64,000 nucleotides of DNA from Utricularia gibba (Eukaryota > Plantae > Magnoliophyta): contig CM007992.1 in assembly GCA_002189035.1 (NCBI GenBank), positions 744,001 through 808,000 on the forward strand, in the 5' to 3' direction. The notes under the pieces are model-generated. The model did not search any database and was not told the origin of the DNA. It saw nothing but the letters and a program-made list of their open reading frames with translations. Shown here piece by piece: positions 12,266 through 26,498 of the stretch (its first letter is position 1; each line of letters starts with the position of its first letter). Made by a program: the position numbers and the translations under genes.

Positions 12266-15200
12266 ATGGAACAGCTTAAGACGATAGGCCGAGAGTTGGC
12301 GATGGGTTCGCAAGGCGGAATTGGGCAGTCAAAGGAGTTCCTTGATCTCATCAAATCAATAGGCGAAGCGCGATCCAAGGCCGAGGAGGAGCGCATCGTG
12401 CTTAGGGAAATCGAAACGTTGAAGGGGAGATTGTCGAGCCCGAATTCCACGAAATACAAGCTCAAGGAGTATTTAATCCGCCTCCTCTATGTCGAGATGT
12501 TGGGCCACGATGCATCTTTTGGGTACATTCACGCCGTGAAGATGACCCACGATGAGAATTTGTTGTTGAAGAGAACAGGGTACTTAGCGGTGACTTTGTT
12601 TTTGAATGAAGACCATGATTTGATTATCTTGATCGTGAATACGATTCAGAAGGACTTGAAAAGCGACAACTTCTTGGTTGTTTGTGCGGCGTTGAATGCT
12701 GTGTGTAAGTTGATTAACGAGGAGACTATTCCAGCAGTTTTACCACAAGTGGTAGAGTTACTGGGTCATCCGAAAGAAGCAGTGAGAAAGAAAGCAGTAA
12801 TGGCACTTTATCGTTTTCATCAGAAGTCACCCGGATCCGTTTCCCATCTTATTTCCAATTTTCGAAAGGTGCACATTGTCTATCGCCGATGGATTCATAC
12901 ATCTTTTCATGCATTTATTTTTATTTTGTAGTTCAAACGTTTGAAATGTGTGTATGCCTTCTTCAGAGGAATACTTAGTCAAAAATCGTAGGAAGCTATT
13001 GTTTTATATGCTCTATGACACAATGTTTGAGCTTCTTATGATGATTGTATCCTGGTCTTAGAAATCGGGTTGACATAAACTTCATGTATGAGAGTTGACT
13101 TCTTAGAGAATCAGATGTTGAAAAACTTACAGATGGTTTCAGACTCTTGATTGCATTGCTATTGACATGTAAAGTATTTTCTTGAAGTAGCCAGGGTAGA
13201 TCATCTTCGAATTGATGATTGTTTGTAAATAAAGAGAAAGTACTAGGAAAAATGCATGAAAAGATGCGTAATCCTGATGTCCTTTTATTCTTTCTCATTC
13301 TTTTTTACATTGTCTGCGTACTTCTCTTAACAATTAATTCTACTGCAGAAGTTGTGTGATAATGACCCGGGTGTTATGGGTGCGTCACTTTGCCCCCTTT
13401 TTGATCTAATAACAACTGATGCCGATACGTATAAGGATCTAGTGCCTAGTTTTGTTAGCATTCTTAAGCAAGTAGCTGAGCGCAAGCTGCCAAAGAGTTA
13501 TGATTACCATCAGATGCCTGCTCCGTTCATTCAGGTGACATTTTTGTTATTATATGCAGAAGATTCTTGTATTTATGTTAAGACGTCAAGCTGATTAAAG
13601 CCATCTGATTTAAGTGTATTGTCTAAGGTCTCCTGTTTGCTAAACCATCAAATTGAGTAGAATACCCTTCTTGTAATGACCGTTGTGTTCTATCCTTTAG
13701 TAATTATTATTTTACATTTTTGAACTCACACAAACCCTTCCGCAAGGACTTTTTATTTTGCCTTAATTAGCATCGAGGTCCTTACTCTTGGTCCTTCAGT
13801 GGAAATTATTTGTTAATGTTACCTTTTTGTGGAATTTTGAAAGCAGTTTGGGCTCTGTCTTTTTTTAGTAATGTTGCAGCTGATACTCATTTCGTAGGCC
13901 AGATTTGTTTCAATTGAAATATTCTACGTAATGTCTCTGTTTCTCTGACAGATCAAGCTGTTGAAAATTCTGGCCCTTCTTGGTAACAATGACAAGAAGG
14001 CCAGTGAACAAATGTACACGATTGTTGGTGAGATAATGAAAAAATGTGATACAATGAGCAATATAGGAAATGCCATTCTTTATGAATGCATTTGCTGTGT
14101 TTCATCAATACACCCAAGTCCGAAGTTGCTTGAAGCTGCAGCTGATGCCGTTTCAAAATTTTTGAGGGTTATTATATAAACATTTCTAGTTTCTTCAGAT
14201 TCCATTTTCCTTCCACCTTTGTAGGATAATATCTGTACTTACTATTGGCAGAGTGACAGTCACAATTTGAAGTATCTTGGTATTGATGCTTTAAGTCAGC
14301 TAATAAGGATAGCCCCTGAAATAGCTGAGCAACACCAGTTGGCTGTCATTGACTGCTTAGAGGTATGATATGCACATCCACAGTCTCTGCTTTTGTTGGG
14401 TCTGTATCAACCATTTTTATTTTCAGGATCCAGATGATAGCTTGAAGCGTAAGACCTTTGAAATGCTATACAAGATGACAAAGTCATCAAATGTGGAAGT
14501 AATTGTGGATCGAATGATTGATTACATGATAAGCATCAATGATAATCACTACAAAACTGAAATAGCATCCAGGTGTGTGGAACTTGCTGAACAGTTTGCT
14601 CCAAGCAACAGATGGTTTACACTGGTTAGCATTATGATGTTAAATTTCATGATTCGTGCTCTATCTGCTCATCCTAAATGAGTCATGGGAAGTTATTCGT
14701 TTTTTATCCACTTTGCATTTCAGACTATGAATAAAGTCTTTGAGCACGCAGGAGACCTGGTGAATATTAAAGTTGCACATAACTTGATGAAGTTGATTTC
14801 TGAGGGATTTTGTGAAGATGATGGTGATGCAGATAGTCAGCTAAGATCGTCTGCTGTATGTTCTCTTCCTGGATTTCTTGCTTGTCTTGTGAAACTAGAA
14901 ATGATCTTACTGGATATCATAGCCAAATTCGGAATATAATGTTCATGGAACTTTTCCACATTTAATTGTCTATGGATCATTGATTATTTTTTTGGTTTCA
15001 GGTGGAGTCCTACCTTGGAATTATGGGTGAGCCAAAGCTCCCATCAACCTTCCTTCAAGTGAGTCTTCCACCATCTTTTCCTGATTTTCAATTTTCTCAA
15101 TGTTGATGGGTTTTTCTTACTATACACTGCTTTTTCACACGTTTTAGGTGATCTGCTGGGTGTTGGGCGAATATGGGACCGCAGATGGAAAGTATTCTGC

Positions 15201-17565
15201 CTCATATATTACTGGAAAGTTGTCTGACTTGGCAGAGGCACACTCAACCGATGACACAGTGAGAGTAGGTATCTAGTTTGTGAGATACAGACATTGTGTT
15301 TTGCTTTTATAATTTTCATATGTATTTTGATCGTGGGGTATTAGTATTATGGTGAACATCGGTTAATTCGGCAACCATAAATTGATCTTTTGGCTAAAAT
15401 TTCAAGATATTTAGTATCTATGCTTCCGTTTTTTATTCTCGGCTTGTTTTTTGAAGGCATATGCAGTGTCTGCATTGATGAAGATATATGCATTTGAAAT
15501 GGCTGCTGGGAGACCAGTGGAATTGCTACCAGAGGTAAGATACTGGGAGTGAGTCCCTGGCATTATTTTTTGCTACATCGAATCTAAGTCAGCTTACTTA
15601 ACTACGCCCATTTTGATTAATGGTTGTCAGTTCCTTCAAAAGATTCCTTTTTTTCCCTTACCGGTCTCCATTAGGAGTTATCTCACTCTGCTAACAATGT
15701 GGCTGGCATGACTTATTGATTGGATTTTCATTGAAGATCTTTTGACTTTTAAAATGCTGTTTCCTTAGAAAATGTAATGAGAGCTTACTGTAGTTGAATC
15801 AGAGCGTTTTTTAAAATATTAAAACGCTGTTTTCCTCCCAGCTGTTGTTGCTACACGTATTCAACCTTAGTTTGTCAGCTATGTATGAGGTTTGAACTGT
15901 AGTGCGTGTGTCACTCTGTTCTCTAAACTTCATGTTGGTATTGAATTAACAGGTTCCAGTCGTCTGGTTTTACAATTTGAGAAATCACATATTTGTGGTT
16001 GTGCATTCTTGCCTGTTAGTTACTGTCAAGTATTGTGTTCTTCTTGAGTGGCTCGTAACTTGTCCTTAATATATCTTTACAGCCTTAAATATGATGAATT
16101 CCCTCTCTAAATTGTGGTTATTTTTTTTCTTGCTGCAGTGTCAATCTTTGATTGAAGAAACGCTTGCATCTCATTCAACTGACCTACAGCAGCGTGCTTA
16201 TGAGCTTCAAGCAGTCCTTTCTCTAAATGCTCATACCGTCAAAGAAATATTGTCAATGGAGTCTACCCATCATGAAATTGAGGTCATTCTTTTCCTCATC
16301 TAACCGGTGCTTTCAAACATGGACTGAGTATCCATTGAAAAAAAATGTCTGGATTTCATGTATTTCTGTGCTTCTTTTTTATTTTCTTGCCAGTTGAGCC
16401 TCTTTTTGCTCAAATTTGGCTACAACACGCTTTAGTTTTCTTTATGAATACATATTCTTTACTGTTTCATTTTACGTCTCGTGGTTGCTTCATGCCTAAC
16501 CATTTTAAAAATTCTTTTCAGGTTGATGGAAACCTTTCATTCCTGGATGCTTATGTTGAACAATCATTGGAAAAAGGTGCTCAACCATATATCCCTGAGA
16601 GTGAGCGATCCGGTGCCTTTAACATTAGTAGTCTCAAAGGGCATGAAGACCATGAACCTTCCCATCATGGTCTTAGGTTTGAAGCTTATGAGCTCCCCAA
16701 ACTACCGCAGCCTACAATTATTCCTCAAGTGCTTCCTGCCTCCACGGATCTCATCCCTGTCCCAGAGCCATCATACGTTTCAGATATATCGTTACCCTCT
16801 GCGTCTGTACCATTTCCTAGTGATTCTCAGCCTGCAGAACTTAAGCTACGGCTTGATGGGGTTCAGAAGAAATGGGGTCGTCCCACCTTCTCCTCCTCCT
16901 CTCCTTCAGCATCTACTGTTAACTCAGAGGTGAGAGTTCAGGCGGAGGTCACTCAGCTGAGCTCGCTGGGTGATTCAAATGCAAAGGGGGGCCGTAGTAC
17001 TACTGCATCTTATGACTCAAGAAAACAGCAAACGGAGATCTCACCCGAGAAGCAGAAGTTGGCTGCTTCTCTTTTTGGTGGTGCATCTTCGAAAGCTGAG
17101 GGAAGGCAATCTTCTTCTGGACAGAGGGCCTCGAAGTCTCACAGTCAGACAACGGATAAGCACCGTGCTGCCAAGGCTGCTCCGCCGTCTCAGCCTCCTC
17201 CAGATCTACTAGACTTGGGTGAAGCCACACCGTCAGTGGACCCCTTCAAGCAACTGGAAAACCTTCTTGATCTCAGCCATGAAGCACCTCCGGTGACCGC
17301 AGGAGGAAGCACTGCAACTGAGGCACCTGATTTTATGTCACTCTTTTCAGACATGTCCCTCAATGCCCCAACCTCTGATCCATTCCCCATCTTGGGCATC
17401 GAAAATGGCAAGGGAGCAAGCCAGATGGAAATCCCCATACAGCAGCAGCAATCCAGCAAGGGCCCTAATCTGAAAGAAGCTCTACAGAAGGATGCACTTG
17501 TGAGGCAGATGGGAGTGACACCATCAACCCAGAACCCCAACTTGTTTATGGACCTCCTCGGCTAG
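12266..17565 (+). CDS. AP4E: AP-4 adaptor complex subunit epsilon (multi-exon)
   Basis: N-terminus MEQLKTIGRELAMGSQGG..SKEFLDLIKSIGEARSKAEE, adaptin N-terminal motifs (YVEMLGHDASFGYIHAVKM, DPDDSLKRKTFEMLYKMT, ELAEQFAPSNRWF) and C-terminus ALQKDALVRQMGVTPSTQNPNLFMDLLG. Confidence 0.95.
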
Positions 17566-18308
17566 ATTTCAACACTGAAAGAACTGCTGGGATTTGCATG
17601 CTCGTCATGGTTTTTTCCTCCTCCTATCAGATGATGCATGATTTATGAGCATAAGCATGATGGGAACCCCCTGTGAGTCCTGGTTGCTACTCTCTCATCT
17701 AGGAATCTCTATACATATTGCAACACTGTGGGGGCTCATTCTTTGTGTTTTGAACCTCTAGATGATCCATCGGACGCCATGATTTCATTTGAGAGAGACA
17801 GTGTCCTTGTAATGGTTATATCTCGCAATGTTCACTGGTTATGTTTTGCATAATTTTTATTTATTATTCATTATTTAAATAATTAATAATTAATAATTTT
17901 GTGGACTATAAATTATATTTATGTTTATATTTTGTATTAAAAATAAAAAAAATAACTATAGCTTATTTCAGAAATTATGCAAAACACATGCTTATTTCAG
18001 AATCTTTGTATTAGAAAAATATGGCTAAGTAAGTAAGGGTTGGTAATAATTATTTAGAAGACCACTGCTAAGTCCCATTATTAGTATAATAATAGAGTTT
18101 TTTTTACTCTTCTTCTATTGAAAATTCTGCGTTCCCACGGAGCTCCCAAGGCTGCTTCTACATTTTGGGTATGAATCCGTTATGGTTGCAAGGTTGAACT
18201 GAGGAGGTTCTCAGGGATCATCACTATGCGGAGGAGGAGGAGGAGTTGATGTCTGAGGGATACATTTGGAGTGATTGAATTGATTGCTCGTGTGGCTGGA
18301 GGAGGACA

Positions 18309-21300
18309 ATGGCTTGGAGCGATCCGTTGAAGGAGATGGCCAATTCCAAGCCCTTGTTTCTGACCATATATGCCTCTGTGATGATCGGGATGATGGTGTC
18401 GGCTTTTTACGTGATTTCGGCAGTGTTCTCCGGTTCGAATTTCATTTCTACTCTGTCGTCCTCTGCTGGAGGCGCCGTTGTTGGTGTCACCACGGGTATG
18501 TTGAAGTTTTTGGTTTAGAAAGCTTGAACTTGTTTGTTTTTGCGCAGCATTCTCTGTAATGGATCTCTTCTTTTTGCTGGTACGTCTGGGCCTGTGATGC
18601 GTTGACTGTTGCTTTAGTTGGTAGAAAAATCTGGGTGCTCCTTTTGTCTAGCGTCATTACCTTTTAGTTACCAGCATGAAGGCGGTTTTGAGATCGTACT
18701 AATTAGCTTAAATACTTGTTTTTTTTATGCTTGGATATTTAGAAACAATGACGCCACCCTTGGATCAATTGCCTATTTCTTCTGATGGTTTCGTAGGCAA
18801 TGGAGCACCGGTTCCATCTGTCCTCACTCCGAATAATACTTTGATACCTATCTGGACACTTCCTCCTGCTGGATCGAAAATGCCACCCCCGGAAACTTTT
18901 CGGTTGACAAAGGATATTGTTCAGCGTCGGGTGAAGGACAACGTAATAGTTGTGACGTTTGGTAACTTTGCTTTCATGGATTTTATTTTGACCTGGGTGA
19001 AGCACTTGTCGGATATGGGTGTAGATAACCTTCTTGTTGGTAAGCTTGCATTTAAATTGTCTTTTAATAACATCCCTCTGTACTAGATGGCTCATTTGTA
19101 GTCTGAGGAGATCATCTTTTGTTGTCAGGCGCAATGGACACAAAATTGTTGGAGGCTCTTTACTGGAAGGGTGTTCCTGTGTTTGATATGGGTAGTCAAA
19201 TGAGCACGGTGGATGTTGGTTGGGGCTCGCCAACATTTCACAAGATGGGAAGGGAGAAAGTCATTTTAATAGATGCTCTCTTGCCCTTTGGTTTTGAAGT
19301 ACTGATGTGCGACACTGACATGGTTTGGCTAAAGGTAAACTTTTATGCTTATCTGGTTTTTTCGAACCGCTACATTAGGTTTTTATCTTGTACTGAACTG
19401 TGATTTCCATCCACTTCACCGTGCAGGACCCCCTTCCTTATCTTGCACGGTTTCCTGAAGCAGACTTGCTGACTTCCACTGATCTTGTTTCACCAACAGT
19501 AGCTGATGATCGGTTGGAAGATTGGAAACAAGGTAATACCTCCTTGCTCCAGTGAGTGCACAGCAGATAGTGAAAAAACACTATGGTTTGAACTTTACGT
19601 TGAACAGTTGGTGCTGATGTTTTCTTCCCTTCCCTTTTCCTGTTTGAACAGCGGGTGCTGCTTACAATATTGGAATCTTCCACTGGAGACCTACTGAATC
19701 TGCAATGAAATTAGCTAAAGAATGGAAGGAAATGCTTATTGCTGATGAAAAGATATGGGATCAAAATGGTTTCAATGACCTTGTTCGCAAGCAGCTGGGC
19801 CCCTCCGTTGATGAAGAAAGTGGACTTGTATATGCATATGATGGAACCCTTAAGCTAGGTTTGCTCCCTGCCAGCATCTTTTGCAGTGGACATACTTTCT
19901 TTGTGCAGGTATTTGCTTTTCTTTTTGGAATATACATGCTAGTATATATGCCGTGGTAGTATGATCAACTTTTCCTTTTGTAACTAATGGGGAAAGGGAG
20001 GGGAAAAAATAAAACCATGGAACTTAGAAGTATATTTCACAGATATCACCATGCTTCACCATCCCCTACCTTCTTATCCAGGCTATGTACCAACAACTAA
20101 GGTTGGAGCCCTATGCTGTGCATACAACATTCCAATACGCTGGTACAGATGGCAAGCGAAATCGACTCCGAGAAGCTATGATATTTTATGACCCTCCAGA
20201 ATATTATGATGCACCAGGTGCTTAATTGTCTCCATGGTTTTTATTTTTAATTTTACAACTTCTTGACACTCAAAAGCATTAGCTTGATCTTACCTACCAA
20301 TTTTGTATATGTTGGCTTATGCATTACTGTGCTCCAAGGGCACTCTTATGTGATGGTTTTATTTGCTCAAGGGCATTAAGTTCTAAAAGCATTTTCTAAT
20401 TTCACACAGGAGGATTCCTAGCATTCAAGCCAAATATTCCAAAGAACTTGTTGTTTGATGGAGTACATAACGTTGAATCACACTTCGCTCTTGTTAACTA
20501 TCAAGTATGAATCTTATTTATCTCATTCTTCATTAATTTTCTCTTGGAGTTTTATTGTGGATATCTGGTAACTGTGATATATAATCTTCAGATCAAGCAA
20601 ATAAGAACTGCACTCGCCATTGCTTCATTGTTAAATCGCACATTGGTAAGATTATTCAAGTATGGACAAAATTTAACAAATTCGGCTTTTCATTATTTTC
20701 TCCTGTGTATATGTTTACCTAAGATCGTTGAACATGATCCCTTGTCTTTCATTCTGTGATTTTAGGTTATGCCTCCACTATGGTGCAGGCTGGATAGGCT
20801 GTGGTTTGGGCATCCAGGCATCTTGGCCGGATCCTTGACTAGACAGCCCTTTATATGTCCTCTAGACCATGTCTTCGAGGTACGCATCAGTTCTCCTGCG
20901 AGTTTTTATGGATTTGCTCACCTTCCCTTATGAAACAGAAATAGCTTCTGACTCTTTCATAACTCAGATCAATGCACTACTGAAAGAGTTCCCTGAGGAG
21001 GAACTTGGACCACGTATTAATTTTAGGGAGTACACATTTTTGGATAATCCATCATTACCCCAACAGGTTTCTTATGTTTGAGATTAGCAAAAACAAAAAC
21101 CCATTTCATGGATCTTTCGCCGCTGCTTTAATGTACCCTACTTGTTTAATTACAGGTGAAGAAATCATGGCTCCAAGTTAATCTTTGTCAGCCAGGATCA
21201 ACTGGCTGTGGAATATCAAACCACACAGATGCTCCAGCATTAAGAACCTTCAAATTCCCCAAGAGAAGTACAGAAGAAACGGTAGTTAGATTTGATATAC

Positions 21301-21699
21301 AGTTTCTGGTTTCCTTTTCAATACACAAGACGGCCTTCCAGTATGAACATCTCACATCCTTTTATCCAAACAGTTTAAGCAGGTGTTTTCCCAGTTCAAG
21401 GACGTCAAGGTCATAGAGTTCTCATCAATGCAAGACGCCTTCTCAGGATTCAGTGACAAGGCTAGTACATGCTCTCTCCCAAATCCCTCCTCAACCTGTT
21501 TGTTTACTCCTTTTCCAAATGTGTTCTTCAGATGAGGGAAGAAAGATTCCGAAAGCGTGTGAAGAGGTACACTGGAATCTGGTGCTGCGTCGAGGACAAG
21601 ACACCAGGTCACATATACTACGACATTTACTGGGATGAAAAACCAGGATGGAAACCAGTGACTCCCCAAACCCCACAAGAGGATCATCCTCCCTTTTGA
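18309..21699 (+). CDS. XEG113: Extensin arabinosyltransferase, GT77 (XEG113)
   Basis: NSKPLFLTIYASV signal anchor, NVIVVTFGNFAFMDFILTWVKHL, LMCDTDMVWLK (DxD), WDQNGFND, and C-terminal RYTGIWCCVEDKTPGHIYYDIYWDEKPGWKP..PQEDHPPF. Confidence 0.92.
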
Positions 21700-21987
21700 G
21701 GCTTAACCCAAGTTTCATATACTCCCAACATGCTGCCCAGAGACGATGATACACTGACTGGTAAATTTTCCAAAAACTTAGACTGTGAAGCTCAAGCCCA
21801 ATTTGAGTATGCTTTGACTAGAAATATGTGAACCTCAGTCCATGTAGTGTGCTAACCGCTAAGCTATTGAAAGTGTTTACATACCGTTGTGTAAGTTCTG
21901 TTCTGTTGAATGTTGGTACTGATAAAACCCGGTTCGACGCCGGTTCAAGGTATAAATTTATGACCCGATATTCATTATGGTCTTGTT

Positions 21988-22119
21988 AGCCCATGGCCTT
22001 CCTGGGCGGCCCAAAAGCGCACAGCAGTTTCTTCGCCATTCCCGCTCTCGGAGTTCTTTTCACTGTTTTCAGAATTTCAGGATTCTTTTCCCGCACTTCG
22101 AAGCGCTTCCGTAGGGTTT
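21988..22119 (+). promoter_or_regulatory. S-phase/proliferation promoter module of RPA70: site II, E2F and telo-box
   Basis: AGCCCA at 21988 and GGCCCA at 22008 (site II, TGGGCY on the reverse strand). ATTCCCGC at 22038 and TTTCCCGC at 22087-22094 (E2F). TAGGGTTT at 22112-22119 (telo-box). Confidence 0.65.
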
Positions 22120-22197
22120 TCAAACTATTCTCTCCCTGACACTCGAAATTCGTTCTCGGAGGCCCTGGACGTTGATCGTTTATTTGCTTGAGGAAAA

Positions 22198-25057
22198 ATG
22201 CAGCCGGTGTGTCTTACAAAGGACGCGATTTCGTTGCTCTCTAGTGGAGAAAATTCGGCCACTATCAAGCCTGTTCTTCAAGTCGTTGATGTTCGGATGG
22301 TAAATCAGAACAGCAACAGTGAGCGGTATCGGCTTCTGTTGTCGGATGGGGTTTTCTCGCAGCAGGGTATGCTCGCCACCCAGCGAAACGATTTGGTGAG
22401 GTCTCAGAAGTTGCAGAATGGCTCGATTATCCTTCTGACGGATTTCGTCTGCAACGTTATACAGAACCGGATGTGGGTACTTTTTGTCCTGTTACAAGCT
22501 TGCCTTTTCCGTCTCTAGCCTACGAAGAGGCCAATTTCGATTTTGTCATTTTGGTGAAGGCATTCTTAACCTAGAATTTGAGTGTTTCTATGTTTGCGAG
22601 TATGGTTGTAGCCCACTCGGTGCTGCGAAATTTGCTCCTTTTTGGCCTTTATGAATTTTCCTCTGCAATCAGACGTTCTTTGGAACTACATCAAAATTTG
22701 ATTCTGTTTGCCTTTCGTAACTTTGCAGGATAATTATCATAGTTGACCTAGATGTGAAAGTCGAGAAATGTGATCTAATTGGTGATCCAAAACCGTTTCC
22801 GTTTAAGAATGATGGGACTGGATCTTCAATGCCCCGACCACAAGCAGCAACTCAGGCAACGCATGCTGTTGGGAGTGGTAACGCTCCGACCTATGGTGCC
22901 AATTCTGCAGTCTCCGGCTCAGTGACTATGCCAACTTTTAGTGGAAATCATGATACACCTTCAGGGGAGGACCGCAATGCGCAGTCGCAAGGTGCTTCGT
23001 TTTCTAGGAACATGGACTCAGTAAGATCTAATCCTTCATCTAGATATCTTCCCAAAACAGAATTTGGTGAAGGAGCTGGACGGGCTTCGGGGAGTAACTA
23101 TGCTCGTCCTCCTCAGTCGATGCATCATCAGCCAATGCCAGCTTATGTCAACAGAGGCCCAGTTGCTAAAAATCTGTCAGCTCCAAGAATAATACCAATT
23201 GCTGCTCTAAATCCTTATCAGGGCAGGTGGACAATCAAGGCAAGAGTAACAACAAAAGGAGAATTGAGGCATTTCAATAATCCTCGAGGTGAGGGTAAAG
23301 TATTCTCCTTTGACCTACTTGATTCTGAGGGTGGAGAAATAAGGGTAACCTCTTTTAATGCTGTGGCTGATCAATTTTATAATCAAATTGAGCCTGGTGT
23401 TGTTTACATGATCTCACAAGGGACATTGAGACCTGCTCAGAAGGCTTTCAATCACCTAAACAATGATTATGAAATCATGCTCGAAAATACGTCAACTGTA
23501 CAGCGTTGTCTTGAAGAAGATGCTTCTATACCAAAGCAGCAATTCCACTTTCGGTCTATAAGCGATATTCAGAATATGGAGAACAACGCTGTAGTTGATA
23601 TGATTGGGATTGTGTCTTCAATAGCCCCGGCAAGCTCAATCATGAGAAAAAATGGCACAGAAACTCAGAAAAGAAGTCTTCATCTGAAGGATATATCGGG
23701 TAGAAGCGTTGAGTTAACTATGTGGGGAAACTTCTGCCATGCCGAAGGTCAAACTCTGCAGGATATGTGTGATTCAGGAACGTTTCCAGTGTTGGCTGTC
23801 AAATCTGCTAGAGTCTCTGATTTTAATGGGAAGTCCGTGGGAACATTGTCATCTTCTCAGTTTTTCATTGATCCCGACTTCCCGGAGGCCAAGAAACTTA
23901 AACTATGGTTTGAGAATGAAGGGAGGAATACCCCTGCTATTTCTATATCCAGCTCCAGAGATACAAATACTGCTAGAGCAGATGCTTGGAAAACTATATC
24001 TCAGATCAAAGAGGAGAAGCTGGGGACTTCTGAGAAGCCAGATTGGATAAGTGTCTTCGCCACTTTGACATTCATTAAGATGGACAATTTTTGTTACACA
24101 GCATGTCCAGTGATGATTGGCGAAAGACAATGCCAAAAAAAGGTCATAAACAATGGTGATGGAAAATGGAGATGTGAGAGATGTGATAGACTGGTCGATG
24201 AATGTGATTATAGGTATATCCTCCAGATGCAAATCCAGGATCATACTGGCTTAACATGGGTAACAGCATTTCAGGAAACTGGAGAGGAGATCATGGGAAT
24301 ATCTGCAAAAGATATGTATCACTTGAAGCATGAAGAGCAAGATGATGACAAATTCGCTGAACTTGTCCGAGGTGCACTTTTCTCCAAGTTTTTATTTAAG
24401 TTGAGAGTGAAGGAAGAGGTTTTCAGCGATGAACAGCGAGTGAAGTCAACTGTTGTGAAAGCAGAAAAGGTGAATCTAAAGTCATACACCAAGTATCTGC
24501 TGGATCAAACCGGAAAAGACAAAGAAAACATCCCATCTAAAAGCATGATGTCATTCCCAACATGGGGGACAGACATCAACAGTGGAGAAAGTGCAGCTAC
24601 GGCAATGAATCACAATGCATCCTCAGGTCAGGCAGGCTCCTATAGCAGCATCAGCCATGGTGACACTGGAAATCCTTCAACGGGATCAAGGGGTACATAT
24701 CCAAGTTGCAGTAACTGTGGTGGCACCGGCCATAACAATGCAAACTGCCCTCGCCCAGGTTATGCTCCGCCACAATCATATGGAACAGGCTCTACCAACA
24801 TCAGGGCTGCCCCAGCATCCAACAGTGCGTTTGGATCATCAGCCGAGTGCTTCAAGTGTCATGAGATCGGGCACATGGCTCGGGATTGCCCCAACACCAG
24901 CAGCAACCCTGCGTCATCTCTCGAGTGCTACAAGTGTCATAAGACCGGGCACATGGCTCGGGACTGCCCTCTCCTTACCAACATTCCTCCTGCCTATGGG
25001 AGCACTAGCGGGAGATATGGAATGCACTCAAAACAACATGTAGGAGGCGGGTTCTGA
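22198..25057 (+). CDS. RPA1C: Replication protein A 70 kDa subunit, RPA1C/E type with C-terminal CCHC zinc knuckles
   Basis: OB-F exon (ERYRLLLSDG..QQGMLAT), one intron, then PIAALNPYQGRWTIKARVT, C4 finger YTACP..CQKKV..WRCERC, and three CX2CX4HX4C knuckles. Confidence 0.93.
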
Positions 25058-26438
25058 TCTTTTGCTGTTTTGTGCAACAGCCCCAGTCTGTATTTTCATT
25101 TCAATACACTGAGAGCTGCTGTCTGGGAAAGGGATCGAATATCCTGGACTCATCTTTTGCAAAATTATCCCTCTTCTAGAGTCTGGAGCTGCTTTTTTCT
25201 TCTACAGCTCACTTGTTTGTCAACATAATACAAGAGAAGACTTAATTGCGGGAGATACTACATGCATCCAGGCGACCAAGATTGATTGATTTGATTGAAT
25301 CTCGGTTTGGCTGAAAGTCACCCATTAAAAACCTGGCTTCCGAGTACTTCAAATTATTTCAAGTAAATGATTTAGATGGGTTTTGTAACACCTTTCAATC
25401 ACACGTGGGTGTAATTTCATAATCTTACCAAATAAGCTCTAATAGTTTAACCTAGAGATGAGCAGAGTTCTACTTGATGTGTTATGGGTTGAATTCATCG
25501 AATCAATATAAAAAATTGTGACTCAACGAGATGATGTGTCGACATGTTAAATTCGTACTAAATTATGAGTTAACCAAAATCATTATATAATTTATGTATA
25601 TTAATATAAATTGGTATAATTCATAAATATTAATCGAATTAGTTATAGTGTTCAATTCATTTGATAAAAAAACATATTTATTTGTTGTTGGCTACGTTTT
25701 AGCCGCAACTCATCTAATTCATCGAATTCATCCATACCCATGTATTATGGAGCCATCTCATACCCGTTTTTTAGGGTTATAGATAACGGGTCGGACCCAT
25801 AATAAGTCATCTCTATGGATATTCAAGCTGATGGGTATTTGTATCCAATTCTAGTTAACCCTCATTGACCTGACCCGATCCTATAAGATATAGAATTTGA
25901 ATCTACAAGTTATAAGCCTAATAGCATCATTATTCGTTTTTGAAAATGCTGATGTGTCATTTTTTAAAATTGAGTTATTAGGTTTCATTTATTAAGTTTC
26001 CATTATGTTTGTATACATTTCTGAAAACCATAATATTAAAATAAATATTATAAATTACATTTTAAATCATTTTCGAAATAAAATCGGGTTTCCTCATTTC
26101 CGTTTCCGAAAAAAATGAAAAACAAGATTAATCATTTACGGAACATTTAACTCATTTTCAGAAATACCATATCAAAATTTGGGGAAACGAATAAAGATGT
26201 TTTAAATTATTATTGGGCTTTTTGGTCCGAAACCCATGAGTCTTAATACTAATGAATAAGACAAGAATCCTTAGGTTAGGGACGGGCTAACTTTGACCCG
26301 GCCCAACTTTCATTGTGGATATGGATAGTTTGTGAATAAGGGAAGAATATTGACATCCTACCCAAAAGGCCGATGGATATGCAAGTTGAGTAGAATCGCC
26401 TTGACTTTTCGACCACGCGACGGCTAGGCTGCCACCCA

Positions 26439-26498
26439 TATAAAGGAACCCGACTCTCAAAGGAACAATTGTAGGGAGGATAGAGAGAGAGAGAGAGA
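26439..26498 (+). promoter_or_regulatory. TATA box and GA repeat at the start of the MAK-like kinase transcript
   Basis: TATAAA at 26439-26444 followed by a (GA)n tract near 26481-26498; site II-like TGGGCT and GGCCCA motifs upstream. Confidence 0.5.

Noticed and set aside
25453-25815. TAGAGATGA...TCATCTCTA inverted ends suggesting a hAT MITE
   Set aside because: Only a 9-bp match, and the flanking 8-mers (gtttaacc versus tggatatt) do not form a TSD.
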